Below, piece by piece: positions 1-9,884 of a stretch of 64,000 nucleotides of DNA. Under the pieces are notes generated by a model, which saw only the letters and a program-made list of their open reading frames with translations, had not been told where the DNA came from and searched no databases. A program made the position numbers and the translations under genes. The first letter of the stretch is position 1, and every line of letters begins with the position of its first letter. The stretch lies in the IMG/VR virus record IMGVR_UViG_3300017613_000561, positions 28,448 through 92,447 of that record, one strand, 5' to 3'. The DNA comes from a virus.

Positions 1-1
1 T

Positions 2-892
2 TTGGCACACCACGCAGATAAAGCGGGAAAGTGCTGGCCTTCATTCAGGTATATCCAGAAAAGCACCGGTCTTAGTCGAAGCACTGTAGCCAGAGGTATT
101 TTGAAGCTAAAAAACTGGGGCTTTATAACCACTACGCCCCGATCCGGGAAGTGGGGCGGTCAAGTTTCCAGTCTGTACACCGTGCACATAAGTGCAGGAC
201 ATGTCACAGAAGATAGAAATTCCAAAGTCACTGTGACACCCACCCCATGTCAACATGACACCCCCCCCGTGTCACCACGACACCCCCATATATTATATAA
301 ATATAATATATTGAATAATAATGGGAACAGTAACAGTGAAGCGGGGAAAACCCCGCAGAAGAAGGAGCAGATTATGAAGATACCCCAAGGACAAAAGGCA
401 AAGGATATAATCACCTCTTGGGCAGGCAAAGGCCCGAAGCACGATTACGTTCCGCCTTCGGTAGGGAACAAGTTACAGAAGGTGTGGCACAGTTCTATAG
501 AAGAATACACGCACCCATGGACACAGGAGACCCTTGGAAAGGCCACGCACTTTGGAAAGACACTAGGGTTTGAGAAGGCCAAGGCTGTTATGGAATATGT
601 TTTGGTGCATTGGTTGGATTATTGCCAGAGGGTCAAGTCAGATGTAGGGCTGTATAAGGCCCCTGTAAAGCCTAGCGTTGGATTCCTGCTTAAGCATGCT
701 GAGGTAGCGGTGAACATGTTTGAAGGCAGCACAGGGCTTAACAGCCCCTCAGAAAAGGGGCCGCAACCAGATGTAATGCATGCTGACGGCACCAAAACGA
801 CTATTCCAAAGCCTAAGGCTGGGCTGGCAGGTTCTCTTGGGGGCACGATACCCACGGTTAAGACCGCGCACTTAAGTGCAGATGAGGAGTAA
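2..892 (+). CDS. Phage replication initiator / HTH DNA-binding protein (likely 5'-truncated by the window edge)
   Basis: N-terminal CWPSFRYIQKSTGLSRSTVARGILKLKNWGFI is a typical winged-HTH of phage replisome organizers; lies upstream of loader and DnaB. Confidence 0.7.
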   Translation: MAHHADKAGKCWPSFRYIQKSTGLSRSTVARGILKLKNWGFITTTPRSGKWGGQVSSLYTVHISAGHVTEDRNSKVTVTPTPCQHDTPPVSPRHPHILYKYNILNNNGNSNSEAGKTPQKKEQIMKIPQGQKAKDIITSWAGKGPKHDYVPPSVGNKLQKVWHSSIEEYTHPWTQETLGKATHFGKTLGFEKAKAVMEYVLVHWLDYCQRVKSDVGLYKAPVKPSVGFLLKHAEVAVNMFEGSTGLNSPSEKGPQPDVMHADGTKTTIPKPKAGLAGSLGGTIPTVKTAHLSADEE

Positions 893-895
893 ATT

Positions 896-1147
896 ATGGA
901 TCAGGAACACTCACAGATGGCTTTGCAAGCAGTATCCCACGCTGCTGAAATGGCTAGCTATGCCATACAGAATGCAGCGGCTTCTTATGACAGGTATTCG
1001 GTATTGATGCGCCCAAAATTGTATATTGACGGAGATCAATGGTGCGCCTTGTACGGAGACAATATACAGGATGGAGTCGCTGGCTTTGGGACCAGCCCCG
1101 CTAAGGCACTGGAAAACTTTGACAAAAATTTTATTGCTGCCCTATAG
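896..1147 (+). CDS. Small phage hypothetical protein
   Basis: 83-aa ORF with GAGGAG RBS; DGDQWCALYGDNIQDGVAGFG motif. Confidence 0.6.
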   Translation: MDQEHSQMALQAVSHAAEMASYAIQNAAASYDRYSVLMRPKLYIDGDQWCALYGDNIQDGVAGFGTSPAKALENFDKNFIAAL

Positions 1148-1169
1148 CCCAAGGATAGCTAAGGAAGAT

Positions 1170-1829
1170 ATGACCGACTACAATGACGGTAAGGAGAATG
1201 AGGGTGAAACCATGATGGCACAATCTGTACTCACAGCAGAAGATCGGAAGGCGATAGCTTTCCACCAAAAGAAGTACGCCAAGTATTATAAGCCGGGGAT
1301 ACTCCAGGTAGACCACCACCTAAGGCTTGTTGAGAGCATTACACAGTACGCTCGGCAGGCCAGTATTCCTGAGTATTTCATTTATCAGACCAAGCTGAGT
1401 GATTATTGCGGGGAGCATGAGATCAACTATGTTCGCAGGCTCCAGTTTTGGCCCGATGAAGGAATCGCGGGAATGGTGTATGTCGGTAGTGTACCGGGAA
1501 TGGAAGACCGGATGATGGCTATTGGCGGGGCAGTTACCAGAAACATGATCGGAGCCAAGATGTTGACTCTACAGGAGTTGATTGTTCTGTTGAAGAACGA
1601 TGATCCACCAGAAGAGACTGTGGTATTGATCCCGAACTTCTTCTTGGACGAGGGTTCCGGCGGGGGCATTCCGGGTTGGCAGATAGCTATGATCGTAGGG
1701 TGGTTGATGTCCAGGTTTTCGGGGGACAAGCAGACCATTCTTCATGTTTCCAACATGGCGGCATGTGCAGCCAAGTATGGAAAAGTGCTGACAAATCATA
1801 TATCTACGCATTACGTAGTCACTGAATAA
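1170..1829 (+). CDS. DnaC/IstB-like helicase-loader homolog, apparently degenerate ATPase
   Basis: Position between initiator and DnaB; ARQASIPE and hydrophobic strand pattern; no GKT Walker A. Confidence 0.45.
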   Translation: MTDYNDGKENEGETMMAQSVLTAEDRKAIAFHQKKYAKYYKPGILQVDHHLRLVESITQYARQASIPEYFIYQTKLSDYCGEHEINYVRRLQFWPDEGIAGMVYVGSVPGMEDRMMAIGGAVTRNMIGAKMLTLQELIVLLKNDDPPEETVVLIPNFFLDEGSGGGIPGWQIAMIVGWLMSRFSGDKQTILHVSNMAACAAKYGKVLTNHISTHYVVTE

Positions 1830-1845
1830 CAATAAGGGGATCGTT

Positions 1846-3120
1846 ATGCCAGTAAGTCCTGGACGAGCATTGGTGTCTTCCATTCTTAAGGGGGATATCA
1901 ACCAGTTGCACCATTTAGGTATCAAAGAAGAGTTTTTACAGGAGGATGAAAAAGACGCACTGAATTATTTAACAGAACACGTTTACAAGTTTGGGGTAAT
2001 TCCAAACCTGGAGACTCTCCAGGAGCATGTGGATACCTTTGTGCCGGTGGTGGTGTCTGAGCCTGCGGAGTATTACATTGACCAGCTGAAGAACCGATAT
2101 TTTTATCGGACCATGAACACGGCTATGAAGCAGGCGCGGGCAGAGATGCAGGTGCTTAATCCTACGGACAACATGTTGGCCCCGATGGATCTGTTATCGG
2201 AGGCCATGCTTGCACTTAAGTTCATTGAGCATGAACGGGATCTGTTCGATTTTCGGGATGCCTATAGTGTAATCAAGGCAGCCTATGTGGAAGCCTCTAA
2301 GGGTGGGCATGAGAACAGCATCACACTGGGGTGGGATACGATAGATGTCATGTCAGGGGGGCTGGTGCCGGGAGACGTGGTGTCTTACATAGGCAGGCCT
2401 GGGTTGGGTAAGACCTGGAGCATACTGCACTCCATGCACCACGCATGGTGGAACGAAGGCAAGACAGCTTTGCTGCTATCCATGGAGATGATCCCCAAGA
2501 TCATTATGCAGCGCATGACAGCCATGCATACCCATACCGGTCTCACTGCCTTGAAATCTGCTGAGCTGACGACCAAGACCAAGAACAAGGTGTTCAATGA
2601 GATGAAGGCCATTAAGGGACATGACAAGCCCTGTTGGATAGTGGATGGGAATCTGACAGCTACAGTGGATGATCTGAAAATTTTATGTGCCCAGCTTAAG
2701 CCCGATGTTGTGTTTGTGGATGGGGCGTATATGTTGAGCCCTTCAATCGGTTATCACAGTAAGTGGGATAAGGTGACCAATACGGTGGAGGAGATAAAGA
2801 GAGACATAGCCACCAACCTCGGAACCGTAAGTGTGCTGTCTTATCAGTTCAACCGGGAGGCGGCTAAGAAGGCCAAGAAAGCAGCTGACGATATAGGGCT
2901 GGAGGACATTGGTTTGTCGGATGCTATAGGGCAGATAAGTACATTGGTGTTGGCCCTGCTGGATAATGAGTCCATTCAGACTGAGGTCAAAAGAAAGATG
3001 ACGATTATGAAGGGCAGGAATGGTGAGCGCGGGGAGTTTTTCATGAACTGGTGTTTCAAGACCATGGACTTTTCAGAGATCCTGCCGGAGGATATGCAGT
3101 CTAATCTGTCGTTCCTGTAA
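1846..3120 (+). CDS. dnaB: Replicative DnaB-like helicase
   Basis: Walker A GRPGLGKT, LSMEM, VFVDGAY, SYQFNRE, KGRNGE motifs. Confidence 0.9.
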   Translation: MPVSPGRALVSSILKGDINQLHHLGIKEEFLQEDEKDALNYLTEHVYKFGVIPNLETLQEHVDTFVPVVVSEPAEYYIDQLKNRYFYRTMNTAMKQARAEMQVLNPTDNMLAPMDLLSEAMLALKFIEHERDLFDFRDAYSVIKAAYVEASKGGHENSITLGWDTIDVMSGGLVPGDVVSYIGRPGLGKTWSILHSMHHAWWNEGKTALLLSMEMIPKIIMQRMTAMHTHTGLTALKSAELTTKTKNKVFNEMKAIKGHDKPCWIVDGNLTATVDDLKILCAQLKPDVVFVDGAYMLSPSIGYHSKWDKVTNTVEEIKRDIATNLGTVSVLSYQFNREAAKKAKKAADDIGLEDIGLSDAIGQISTLVLALLDNESIQTEVKRKMTIMKGRNGERGEFFMNWCFKTMDFSEILPEDMQSNLSFL

Positions 3121-3170
3121 TGTACCCCATTGGACTCCAATAGACTCCAATGAACCCCAATAGACTCCAA
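3121..3170. repeat. Five tandem imperfect 10-bp repeats (consensus TRGACYCCAA)
   Basis: tgtaccccat tggactccaa tagactccaa tgaaccccaa tagactccaa directly after the dnaB stop codon. Confidence 0.85.
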
Positions 3171-3261
3171 TGAGCAGCAAAAAGGTGGACAGTTGTGGTT
3201 AGTTGTGTATACTTGTAGCTAGGTGTTGATCTTCCCTCCTGTTTTAAAAAAACAGCACCTT

Positions 3262-3299
3262 AAGGCTTCTGGAGCTGATCCCCTCCAGAGGCCTTTTTT
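3262..3299 (+). terminator. Intrinsic terminator
   Basis: aaggcttctggag / ctccagaggcctt stem followed by a T-run. Confidence 0.8.
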
Positions 3300-3313
3300 C
3301 ATGTAAATAATAT

Positions 3314-3341
3314 TTGACAAACGTAGTACATTTGCTATAGT
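3314..3341 (+). promoter_or_regulatory. sigma70-type promoter of the phage cassette family
   Basis: TTGACA-N16-TATAGT with TGn extension, in ATTTGACAAAC context. Confidence 0.8.
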
Positions 3342-3386
3342 TATTGTAAGTTACATATTTATTCCATCACAAGCTAGGAGCAGACG

Positions 3387-3521
3387 ATGCCTAACATGAT
3401 TCTGACAATCCCAAATGACAAGATTGGTGATGTTATTGCCCAATTAGTAATGAAGGGCCTGACATTTACAGCCACGACCAATGAAGATACCACCACTATT
3501 GAATTGACCGGTGGTTACTAG
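3387..3521 (+). CDS. 44-aa small protein (not in ORF track)
   Basis: AAGCTAGGAGC RBS, ATG at 3387, MPNMILTIPNDKIG...ELTGGY, TAG at 3519-3521. Confidence 0.6.
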   Translation: MPNMILTIPNDKIGDVIAQLVMKGLTFTATTNEDTTTIELTGGY

Positions 3522-3540
3522 GATCAAAAGCTAGGAGCAG

Positions 3541-4239
3541 ATGATGACTACACATAACGCACAATTAGTTGAAGAGTTTGTAACGATGATCCCTTCGATG
3601 CCTGGAAAGAATCAGGGCTTTGCAAAGTCCATGGCAGACCAGTTCAAGAAGAAGGGCTCACTGTCTGAAAAGCAGTGGTATTGGGTAGAGAAGCTGTTGA
3701 GAGAAGTGATCTCTCCGCCTGCCCCACCAGAGGCCGTACAGGTTGGAAAATTCTCCAAGGTGTACGAGTTGATGCACAAGGCCAAAGAAAATCTGAAATG
3801 GCCTAAGATGCGCCTGCAGATTGCAGACCCCAGTTACACCCCGTTGTTTGAAGACTCAGAGCCTGAGTACCTGCCGGTAGTGTTTGGTATGAGTGGCAAG
3901 AACTCCAAGCGTCCTGGTACCATCCATATGACAGATGGTGGACCCTTTGGCGACAACAGGTTTTTTGGTTGGATCGGTGAAGATGGTAGTTGGACCCAAC
4001 CACAGAACATGGATGACAAGGTAGCTGCTGGCCTACGGAGCCTGCTACACGCTTTAGCAGAAGATCCTATGAAGACCCTCAGCGAGTATGGTTCCATCAC
4101 TGGAAACTGCAGCTGCTGCGGATCAGGCCTTACCTCTGACAATTCAGTAGCCATGGGGATCGGCCCGGTATGTGCCAAAAATTACGGTCTACATGAGCAG
4201 TGGAAGAAAGCTGCCAAGACCATGGGCCTGAAAGTTTAG
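3541..4239 (+). CDS. DUF6011-like Zn-finger protein
   Basis: C-terminal CSCCGSGLTSDNSVAMGIGPVCA motif. Confidence 0.65.
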   Translation: MMTTHNAQLVEEFVTMIPSMPGKNQGFAKSMADQFKKKGSLSEKQWYWVEKLLREVISPPAPPEAVQVGKFSKVYELMHKAKENLKWPKMRLQIADPSYTPLFEDSEPEYLPVVFGMSGKNSKRPGTIHMTDGGPFGDNRFFGWIGEDGSWTQPQNMDDKVAAGLRSLLHALAEDPMKTLSEYGSITGNCSCCGSGLTSDNSVAMGIGPVCAKNYGLHEQWKKAAKTMGLKV

Positions 4240-4485
4240 TTATTGCACTTGAGTGCAGGAGGGGATATGAATGCTTGGAGGAGTAGGTCAACGGGGCAAT
4301 GGTTGACGGTGGATCAGACCAGGACCCATGTTAAAACGCAGGACTCTTATCGTATGGTGGATGATATACATCAGGCTTATGTGGGGCGTATTCCGAACAG
4401 GGTTATGTCTGCCTACAATTTGATACCGGTGCTGGTGACTGTCACCCGCGCTGTTAAAATCATGGATTAATCCCAGGAGAAAGAA

Positions 4486-4965
4486 ATGGCTGTAACGATT
4501 ATTAAGAAAGAAACCACAGAGCAGAAGAATGTTACTCACTCTGTAAAAGATGCGCTTATGCATGACCTGCAGGCAATGGTTCCAGACCTAGTGTTTGCAC
4601 TGGATAAGGTGGCGCTGTCCAAGGCTAATCTGAAGGTTCTGAATGCGAATCTGAAGAAGTTGGAGACCCCATTCCAGGAGCATGTAGCTGCGCTTGATAT
4701 GGAACCAGAACAGACTCTGGTAGTTGATAGCGATGAAACAAGTAGCTCTATTGAAGTGGGCAAGATACCCAAGAAGCGCACTGTAGAAGACAACGTAGCC
4801 ATCTTTAAACTGCTGAACGGTATCCAACCAGACTTAGCTTTTGAATTGATGGCGTTCAAGCTTACTGATTTGGACAAGTATTTGAACCCGAATCAGCTGG
4901 AGCTGGTATTGAATACCACGTATGTAGGTAAGCGTCCATTGAAGGCCCTGGATAAGAATGGATAA
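4486..4965 (+). CDS. Hypothetical protein
   Basis: 159-aa ORF with AGGAGA RBS, overlapping the primase start. Confidence 0.7.
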   Translation: MAVTIIKKETTEQKNVTHSVKDALMHDLQAMVPDLVFALDKVALSKANLKVLNANLKKLETPFQEHVAALDMEPEQTLVVDSDETSSSIEVGKIPKKRTVEDNVAIFKLLNGIQPDLAFELMAFKLTDLDKYLNPNQLELVLNTTYVGKRPLKALDKNG

Positions 4966-5899
4966 ACAAAAGATCCAGCTGTTGTTGGGGGCGTTGGGGA
5001 TAAAGGGGAGTCGGGTAGGTGACTGGATGCAAGCCAGCTGCCCGTTTGCCCCGTTCCGGCACAACAATGGGACAGATAATCATCCCAGCTGGGCCGTAAG
5101 TATTGCCGAGAACGGGGAAAGCCACCATGCCTGTTACAGCTGCCGGTCTCATGGGTCTATGTTTGAGTTGGTTATGGACCTTCGCAGGCTGTACAAGAAA
5201 AACGAAGTCCCGGCCGATGCAGATTGGAAGGCGGCGGTGGAGTTGTCTTTGGAAGACGGGGAGGATGCCTTAGTTGATGACTTTGATGATATGGAGACCA
5301 AGAAACCCACCCTTACCCTATTCCCAGAAGTATGGGTAAAAAGCTTCCTACCCGGCCACATGCATCCGTATCTGAAAGAACGTGGGATTCCACAGGGTAT
5401 AGCACATGAATTGGAGTTTAGGTATGACTCTGATAAGCAGAGGATCTGTCTGCCGTCCAGGGACAGGTGCGGCCGGTTGGTTGGGTTTTACGGTAGGGAT
5501 GTAACTGGGCTGTCTGACTTAAGGTATCTGACGTACAAGTACCAAGGGGGTTGGAACCCTCACCATTGGATTGGGGAAGACAAGGTGTCCTGGGACGACC
5601 CTGTGATTCTGACAGAAGGACCTATGGACTATGCCCGTGGGTATCTGACCACCAAGCAGATGTTGGCTTCAAACACCTCAGCTGTGACGTACAAGAAACT
5701 TGATAGGCTGAAAGATGCCCCTATGCTGATCACCATGTACGATCTGGGTACCGGTGGAGACAATGCCAGAAAGGAAATTACCAAGTGGTCCATGAAAAAC
5801 AAGGTGCCGCTGCTGAACCTGATTCCAGACACTGTGTACGGGGATTTGGGGGCGACCCCGCCAGAAAGATTCGCTGAGATGTTGGACTTAAATATTTGA
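4958..5899 (+). CDS. DNA primase (Zn-finger + TOPRIM)
   Basis: CPFAPFRH...HACYSC zinc-binding domain; YLKERGI; ILTEGPMD and MYDLGTGG TOPRIM-like motifs. Confidence 0.85.
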   Translation: MDKQKIQLLLGALGIKGSRVGDWMQASCPFAPFRHNNGTDNHPSWAVSIAENGESHHACYSCRSHGSMFELVMDLRRLYKKNEVPADADWKAAVELSLEDGEDALVDDFDDMETKKPTLTLFPEVWVKSFLPGHMHPYLKERGIPQGIAHELEFRYDSDKQRICLPSRDRCGRLVGFYGRDVTGLSDLRYLTYKYQGGWNPHHWIGEDKVSWDDPVILTEGPMDYARGYLTTKQMLASNTSAVTYKKLDRLKDAPMLITMYDLGTGGDNARKEITKWSMKNKVPLLNLIPDTVYGDLGATPPERFAEMLDLNI

Positions 5900-5924
5900 C
5901 AAACGTCTATACATTTGTTAAAGT
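5896..5924 (+). promoter_or_regulatory. sigma70-type promoter for ssb
   Basis: TTGACA-N17-TAAAGT in ATATTTGACAAAC context. Confidence 0.7.
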
Positions 5925-5969
5925 ATTAATGTCCAGATGGACAAATAATGTATTCTCTAGGAGATACCA

Positions 5970-6683
5970 ATGGCTGTAAACAAGACGAAAAAAGATAAAC
6001 CCTCATGGATGAAAACTGGCAAGTCTGCCAAAGATACGATGCACAAGGAAGACGCAGCAGAACAGAAGCGGAAAGAAGAGCAGGGCAAGTTGTGGCGGTT
6101 CTGGATGCCAGAAGGCAATCAGACTTCAATCACTTTTCTTGATGGGCATTTGGACGATGATGGTGTCCTGGATATGCTCATGTACTACGAGCACCAAGTC
6201 TTCATGAATGGCCGGTGGACCAACTGGTTTGTGTGCACTGCGGAAGAAGAGCCCTGTCCTATTTGTGAGGGAGGCAATAATCGTTCTCTGGTAGGGGCGT
6301 TGACTGTAATCGACCATACGGAATTTACCACGAATAGTGGTGAGCATAAGAAGGACGTGCGTAGATTGTTTGTTCCTAAGCGTCAGACCATTAAGCAGTT
6401 GCAGATGATTGCTGCCAAACGTGGAGGGCTGGCAGGGGCCACCTTTGATGTGATGCGTACCGGGGATAAGTCTCCTGGGTGCGGTAGCGTTTTTGATTTC
6501 ACGGAGAAGAGAAGCTTTGCTGAACTCAAAAAGCTGTACCCTGAGGCCAAAGACGGTATCGCAAACTATGGGGAGGAGATCACGTACATGCCTGCCGATA
6601 AGTTGCGGGAACTGGGCTTTGGCTCTACTCCTGTTGGTGGTGAAGAAGCCAGTGATTCAGCCTCTTATGACGAGGATTTGTAA
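5970..6683 (+). CDS. Single-stranded DNA-binding protein (gp32-like)
   Basis: H..C..CPIC zinc motif and acidic C-terminal tail (SDSASYDEDL). Confidence 0.7.
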   Translation: MAVNKTKKDKPSWMKTGKSAKDTMHKEDAAEQKRKEEQGKLWRFWMPEGNQTSITFLDGHLDDDGVLDMLMYYEHQVFMNGRWTNWFVCTAEEEPCPICEGGNNRSLVGALTVIDHTEFTTNSGEHKKDVRRLFVPKRQTIKQLQMIAAKRGGLAGATFDVMRTGDKSPGCGSVFDFTEKRSFAELKKLYPEAKDGIANYGEEITYMPADKLRELGFGSTPVGGEEASDSASYDEDL

Positions 6684-6737
6684 GGCCTAACCGTGTGCCC
6701 CCTGTTATGGGGGCGCACTTAAGTGCAAGGGATCAGA

Positions 6738-8051
6738 ATGCTGCGAAAATATAATGAAATTCCTGTTATGACTCATGCAGGTGCAGTGTATGAGTACAAT
6801 GAGCAACTGGCAAAGAAGTTTACAGTGTTGTCCACTTATGATGATGAAGTGGAACTGTTTAAGATACATAAGACAGTTGGTGGCAAATCCTGGATTTGGT
6901 TACCTAGAGCCTGCTGCCCTTTGGGAGAAGATCGTAGGAATCTTGGTACGATAGTTGATTTTAAACTACATTTCAAACCCAGGAATAAGGAGCAAGCCAG
7001 GGTAGTAGCAGAAGCTTCGGATCTTTTGGCAGCAGAAGAAAGTTTTATAATCAGAGCACCAACCGGTTTTGGTAAGACGGCTATAACCATGCCTTTGATT
7101 GCTGCTGTGAGCCGTAAGACTCTGATAGTGGTTACTAAGGAAGATGTGAAGGTTCAGTGGAGAAGGGCTCTGAAACAGTTTTTGGGACTGTCTGACAATG
7201 ATATTGGGTACATCCAAGGTGATGTGTGTAGTGTTGCTGGTAAAAAGGTTGTTATCGCTATGATTCAATCTGTTTGTAAGCCTGGACGATATCCCAAAGG
7301 AACCTTTGATGCTTTTGGGCTTGTGATTCCAGATGAAGTACATAGGTTGGGAGCAGATAAATTTAGTCAGGTAGCATGGCAAGTACCGGCGCTGTTACGG
7401 TTGGGGTTGTCTGCTACCCCCAAGCGGCAAGATGGTAAGGATATAGTATTCAGGAGTCACATTGGTCCTGTGCGGGTAAAGACAGACTTGGTGCCTATGG
7501 TACCAAAGGTAATAGTGGTTAAGAGTAATTGGAAGCCACCTTATAAGATAAAGATTTCAGCTGGTAGGACCATGCATGTAAATAAGATGCTGGCACGGTG
7601 TAGGGACAGAAACAATATGATGGCTAATTTTATCCAGCAGGCTTATGAGAAGGGGCGTAACATCGTTTTCTTTTCAGATCTGCGGGACGGGCATTTGTTA
7701 CCTATGCAAGATCTGTTATTAATGCGAGGGATACCCGGTAAGGATATTGGGTTTTATGTGGGGGGATTAACGGAGCACCAGCAGGACGTAGCTAAGGCTA
7801 AAAGAGTAGTGTTGACGACTTATAAGATGTGTTCGGAGGCAACCGATGCTCCATGGTGGGACACAGGTGTTTTTGGAACACCTAAGTCAGACGTAACACA
7901 GATTGTAGGGCGGGTTATCAGGGAATACCCAGATAAGCCAACCCCGATCATATTTGATGTGGAGGATGTATCACTTCCACTGTTTAAGGCCTACGCTAAA
8001 AAACGATTAGGTTTCTATCATAAGCTGGGAGCTGAGGTTGTCTTTCGCTAG
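6738..8051 (+). CDS. Superfamily 2 helicase (ResIII/UvsW-like)
   Basis: APTGFGKT, DEVH, GLSATP, QIVGRVIR motifs. Confidence 0.9.
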   Translation: MLRKYNEIPVMTHAGAVYEYNEQLAKKFTVLSTYDDEVELFKIHKTVGGKSWIWLPRACCPLGEDRRNLGTIVDFKLHFKPRNKEQARVVAEASDLLAAEESFIIRAPTGFGKTAITMPLIAAVSRKTLIVVTKEDVKVQWRRALKQFLGLSDNDIGYIQGDVCSVAGKKVVIAMIQSVCKPGRYPKGTFDAFGLVIPDEVHRLGADKFSQVAWQVPALLRLGLSATPKRQDGKDIVFRSHIGPVRVKTDLVPMVPKVIVVKSNWKPPYKIKISAGRTMHVNKMLARCRDRNNMMANFIQQAYEKGRNIVFFSDLRDGHLLPMQDLLLMRGIPGKDIGFYVGGLTEHQQDVAKAKRVVLTTYKMCSEATDAPWWDTGVFGTPKSDVTQIVGRVIREYPDKPTPIIFDVEDVSLPLFKAYAKKRLGFYHKLGAEVVFR

Positions 8052-8060
8052 GAGTAATTT

Positions 8061-8516
8061 ATGGGTAGAAAGAAACAATACGATGACGGTCTTACGCCAT
8101 ATCAGAGATGGTATGCCAGGAACAAAAAGGCACATAACAAAAAGCGTAGGGATAAGTATCAGGAAGATACTGACTATCGTGAAAAGAAGATTCAGGAGGC
8201 CAGGGACTACCGTAGTAGTGTTCGTATGCCAGAACACCATCTACAGATACAGACGGAAGAGGGTGTTCGGTTTGTTTATCAGATACAGGTGGCGGCTGAT
8301 TGGGCTGAATGTACGGTAGAGGAATTAGACTACTGGAGGAAGAAAGGGTTGTTGGGGGCTCCTCTGTATTACGGTAAGGAAAAGGTGTATTTGAAGAGGC
8401 ATATGCTGGTCATACATAGACTGGTTGCTTTGTTAAGTCAGGGGTCTATGGATAAAGAATCTAGGACTAAATGGAAGTCTTACCTTTCAGAGGTGTGGGA
8501 TGCCCGTGCCAGATAA
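8061..8516 (+). CDS. MerR-like HTH DNA-binding protein
   Basis: YQIQVAADWAECTVEELDYWRKKGLL matches the MerR HTH pattern. Confidence 0.55.
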   Translation: MGRKKQYDDGLTPYQRWYARNKKAHNKKRRDKYQEDTDYREKKIQEARDYRSSVRMPEHHLQIQTEEGVRFVYQIQVAADWAECTVEELDYWRKKGLLGAPLYYGKEKVYLKRHMLVIHRLVALLSQGSMDKESRTKWKSYLSEVWDARAR

Positions 8517-8814
8517 TATAACCATCCAGGTAGGGAAGGCCACCATTAGTAAGGTTTTTAAATCAGGAGGGCAAGTCGTGTCTGAAACAGAAAGTAATGA
8601 AGAGGTAGGTGAATCTCAATTGTACAATCAGCCTACGTGTAATGTTGGTGTGTCTGTTGGAGTCACCAAGAACACGGGTAACTTCAATAGCCTTAAGATC
8701 CAGGTGTCGTTGCATATGCCTTGTTACGTGGAGGAGATAGATCCGGTATATGAGTACACCAAGGAGTGGGTTGATAACAAGATGGATGCCATTGTAGCCG
8801 AGATAGAGGAGTAA
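8500..8814 (+). CDS. Hypothetical protein
   Basis: 104-aa ORF coupled to its neighbours. Confidence 0.65.
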   Translation: MPVPDNITIQVGKATISKVFKSGGQVVSETESNEEVGESQLYNQPTCNVGVSVGVTKNTGNFNSLKIQVSLHMPCYVEEIDPVYEYTKEWVDNKMDAIVAEIEE

Positions 8815-8816
8815 CC

Positions 8817-9884
8817 ATGTCTAAAGCTGCTGACGTAGCCTCAGAGCTACAAAAAAAGTTGGGTGAGACCGTTGTCACCACTGGTGAGTATTTGGTGGAT
8901 GTAGAACGCATACCTACAGGGGTGTTCCCTTTTGACTTATCTTGTGGGGGTGGTTTTCCAAGGGGTAAGGTTTCCATAGTTTATGGCCCTGAATCGTCAG
9001 GTAAGACCAACTTGTTTTTGTTGTCCATTGCTTTGGAACAGAAGTTGAACCCACACATGGAAAACGTGTTTGTGGATGTGGAGAACAGCTTTGATCCCTC
9101 CTGGGCCAAGAAGATGGGGGTGGATGTAGACAAGTTGCTGGTGTTGCATCCAGATCATGCAGAGCAGGCTGTTGATATGGTGGATGCCATGTTGCAGGCT
9201 GAGGATGTGTCGTTGATAGTGGTGGATTCACTGGCAGCAATGATCCCGCTTAATGAGCAGGATAGTACGGCTGCAAAGGCGCAGGTTGGTGGGGCCAGTG
9301 CGTTGATAGGAAAGTTGATCCGTAAGGGTGTAAGTCAGCAGTCTAAAGAGAAGCGCAAGGGACATTACCCTACACTGCTATTGGTGAATCAGATCCGTAT
9401 GAAGATCGGGGTCATGTTTGGTAGCCCTGAGACCATGCCTGGAGGTAACGCTATAAAGTTTGCCTCAGGCCTTACTGCCAGGATATACGGTAAGAATGAG
9501 ATGTTGGAGAGCATATCTAAGACCATGCCTGTATTGAAGGAGACTCAGGTTGTTATCCAGAAATGGAAGGTGCCTATTGTAGCGGTGAACAGTAAGTACA
9601 AGATGTGCATGATTCCACACAATGGAATGGTGCCTGGAGATGTGAGAGATAGGGGGACAGTGGAGACGTACCTCAGGGATATGGGTCAGATCGTAAAGCA
9701 GGGGGCCAAGTGGTTTTTCTTTGGCACGGAGTATAAGACCCTGACGGCTGGGTTGGATGCCCTGTACGCAGATGAAGAGGCCCTGACCTACGCTAAGCAG
9801 ATGATTATAGATGGTATGGTTAGCAAGATTCATGGATTACCCACGGAGTTTGATGATGTGGAAGAGAAAAACAACAAAAAATAA
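8817..9884 (+). CDS. recA: RecA-family recombinase
   Basis: GPESSGKT, IVVDSLAA, NQIRMKIGVMFGSPETMPGGNAIKF motifs. Confidence 0.95.
   Translation: MSKAADVASELQKKLGETVVTTGEYLVDVERIPTGVFPFDLSCGGGFPRGKVSIVYGPESSGKTNLFLLSIALEQKLNPHMENVFVDVENSFDPSWAKKMGVDVDKLLVLHPDHAEQAVDMVDAMLQAEDVSLIVVDSLAAMIPLNEQDSTAAKAQVGGASALIGKLIRKGVSQQSKEKRKGHYPTLLLVNQIRMKIGVMFGSPETMPGGNAIKFASGLTARIYGKNEMLESISKTMPVLKETQVVIQKWKVPIVAVNSKYKMCMIPHNGMVPGDVRDRGTVETYLRDMGQIVKQGAKWFFFGTEYKTLTAGLDALYADEEALTYAKQMIIDGMVSKIHGLPTEFDDVEEKNNKK

Noticed and set aside
8038-8319. Alternative-frame + strand ORFs overlapping real genes (also 12333-12593, 24652-24867, 52682-52933)
   Set aside because: Nested in better-supported genes, with no RBS or motif support
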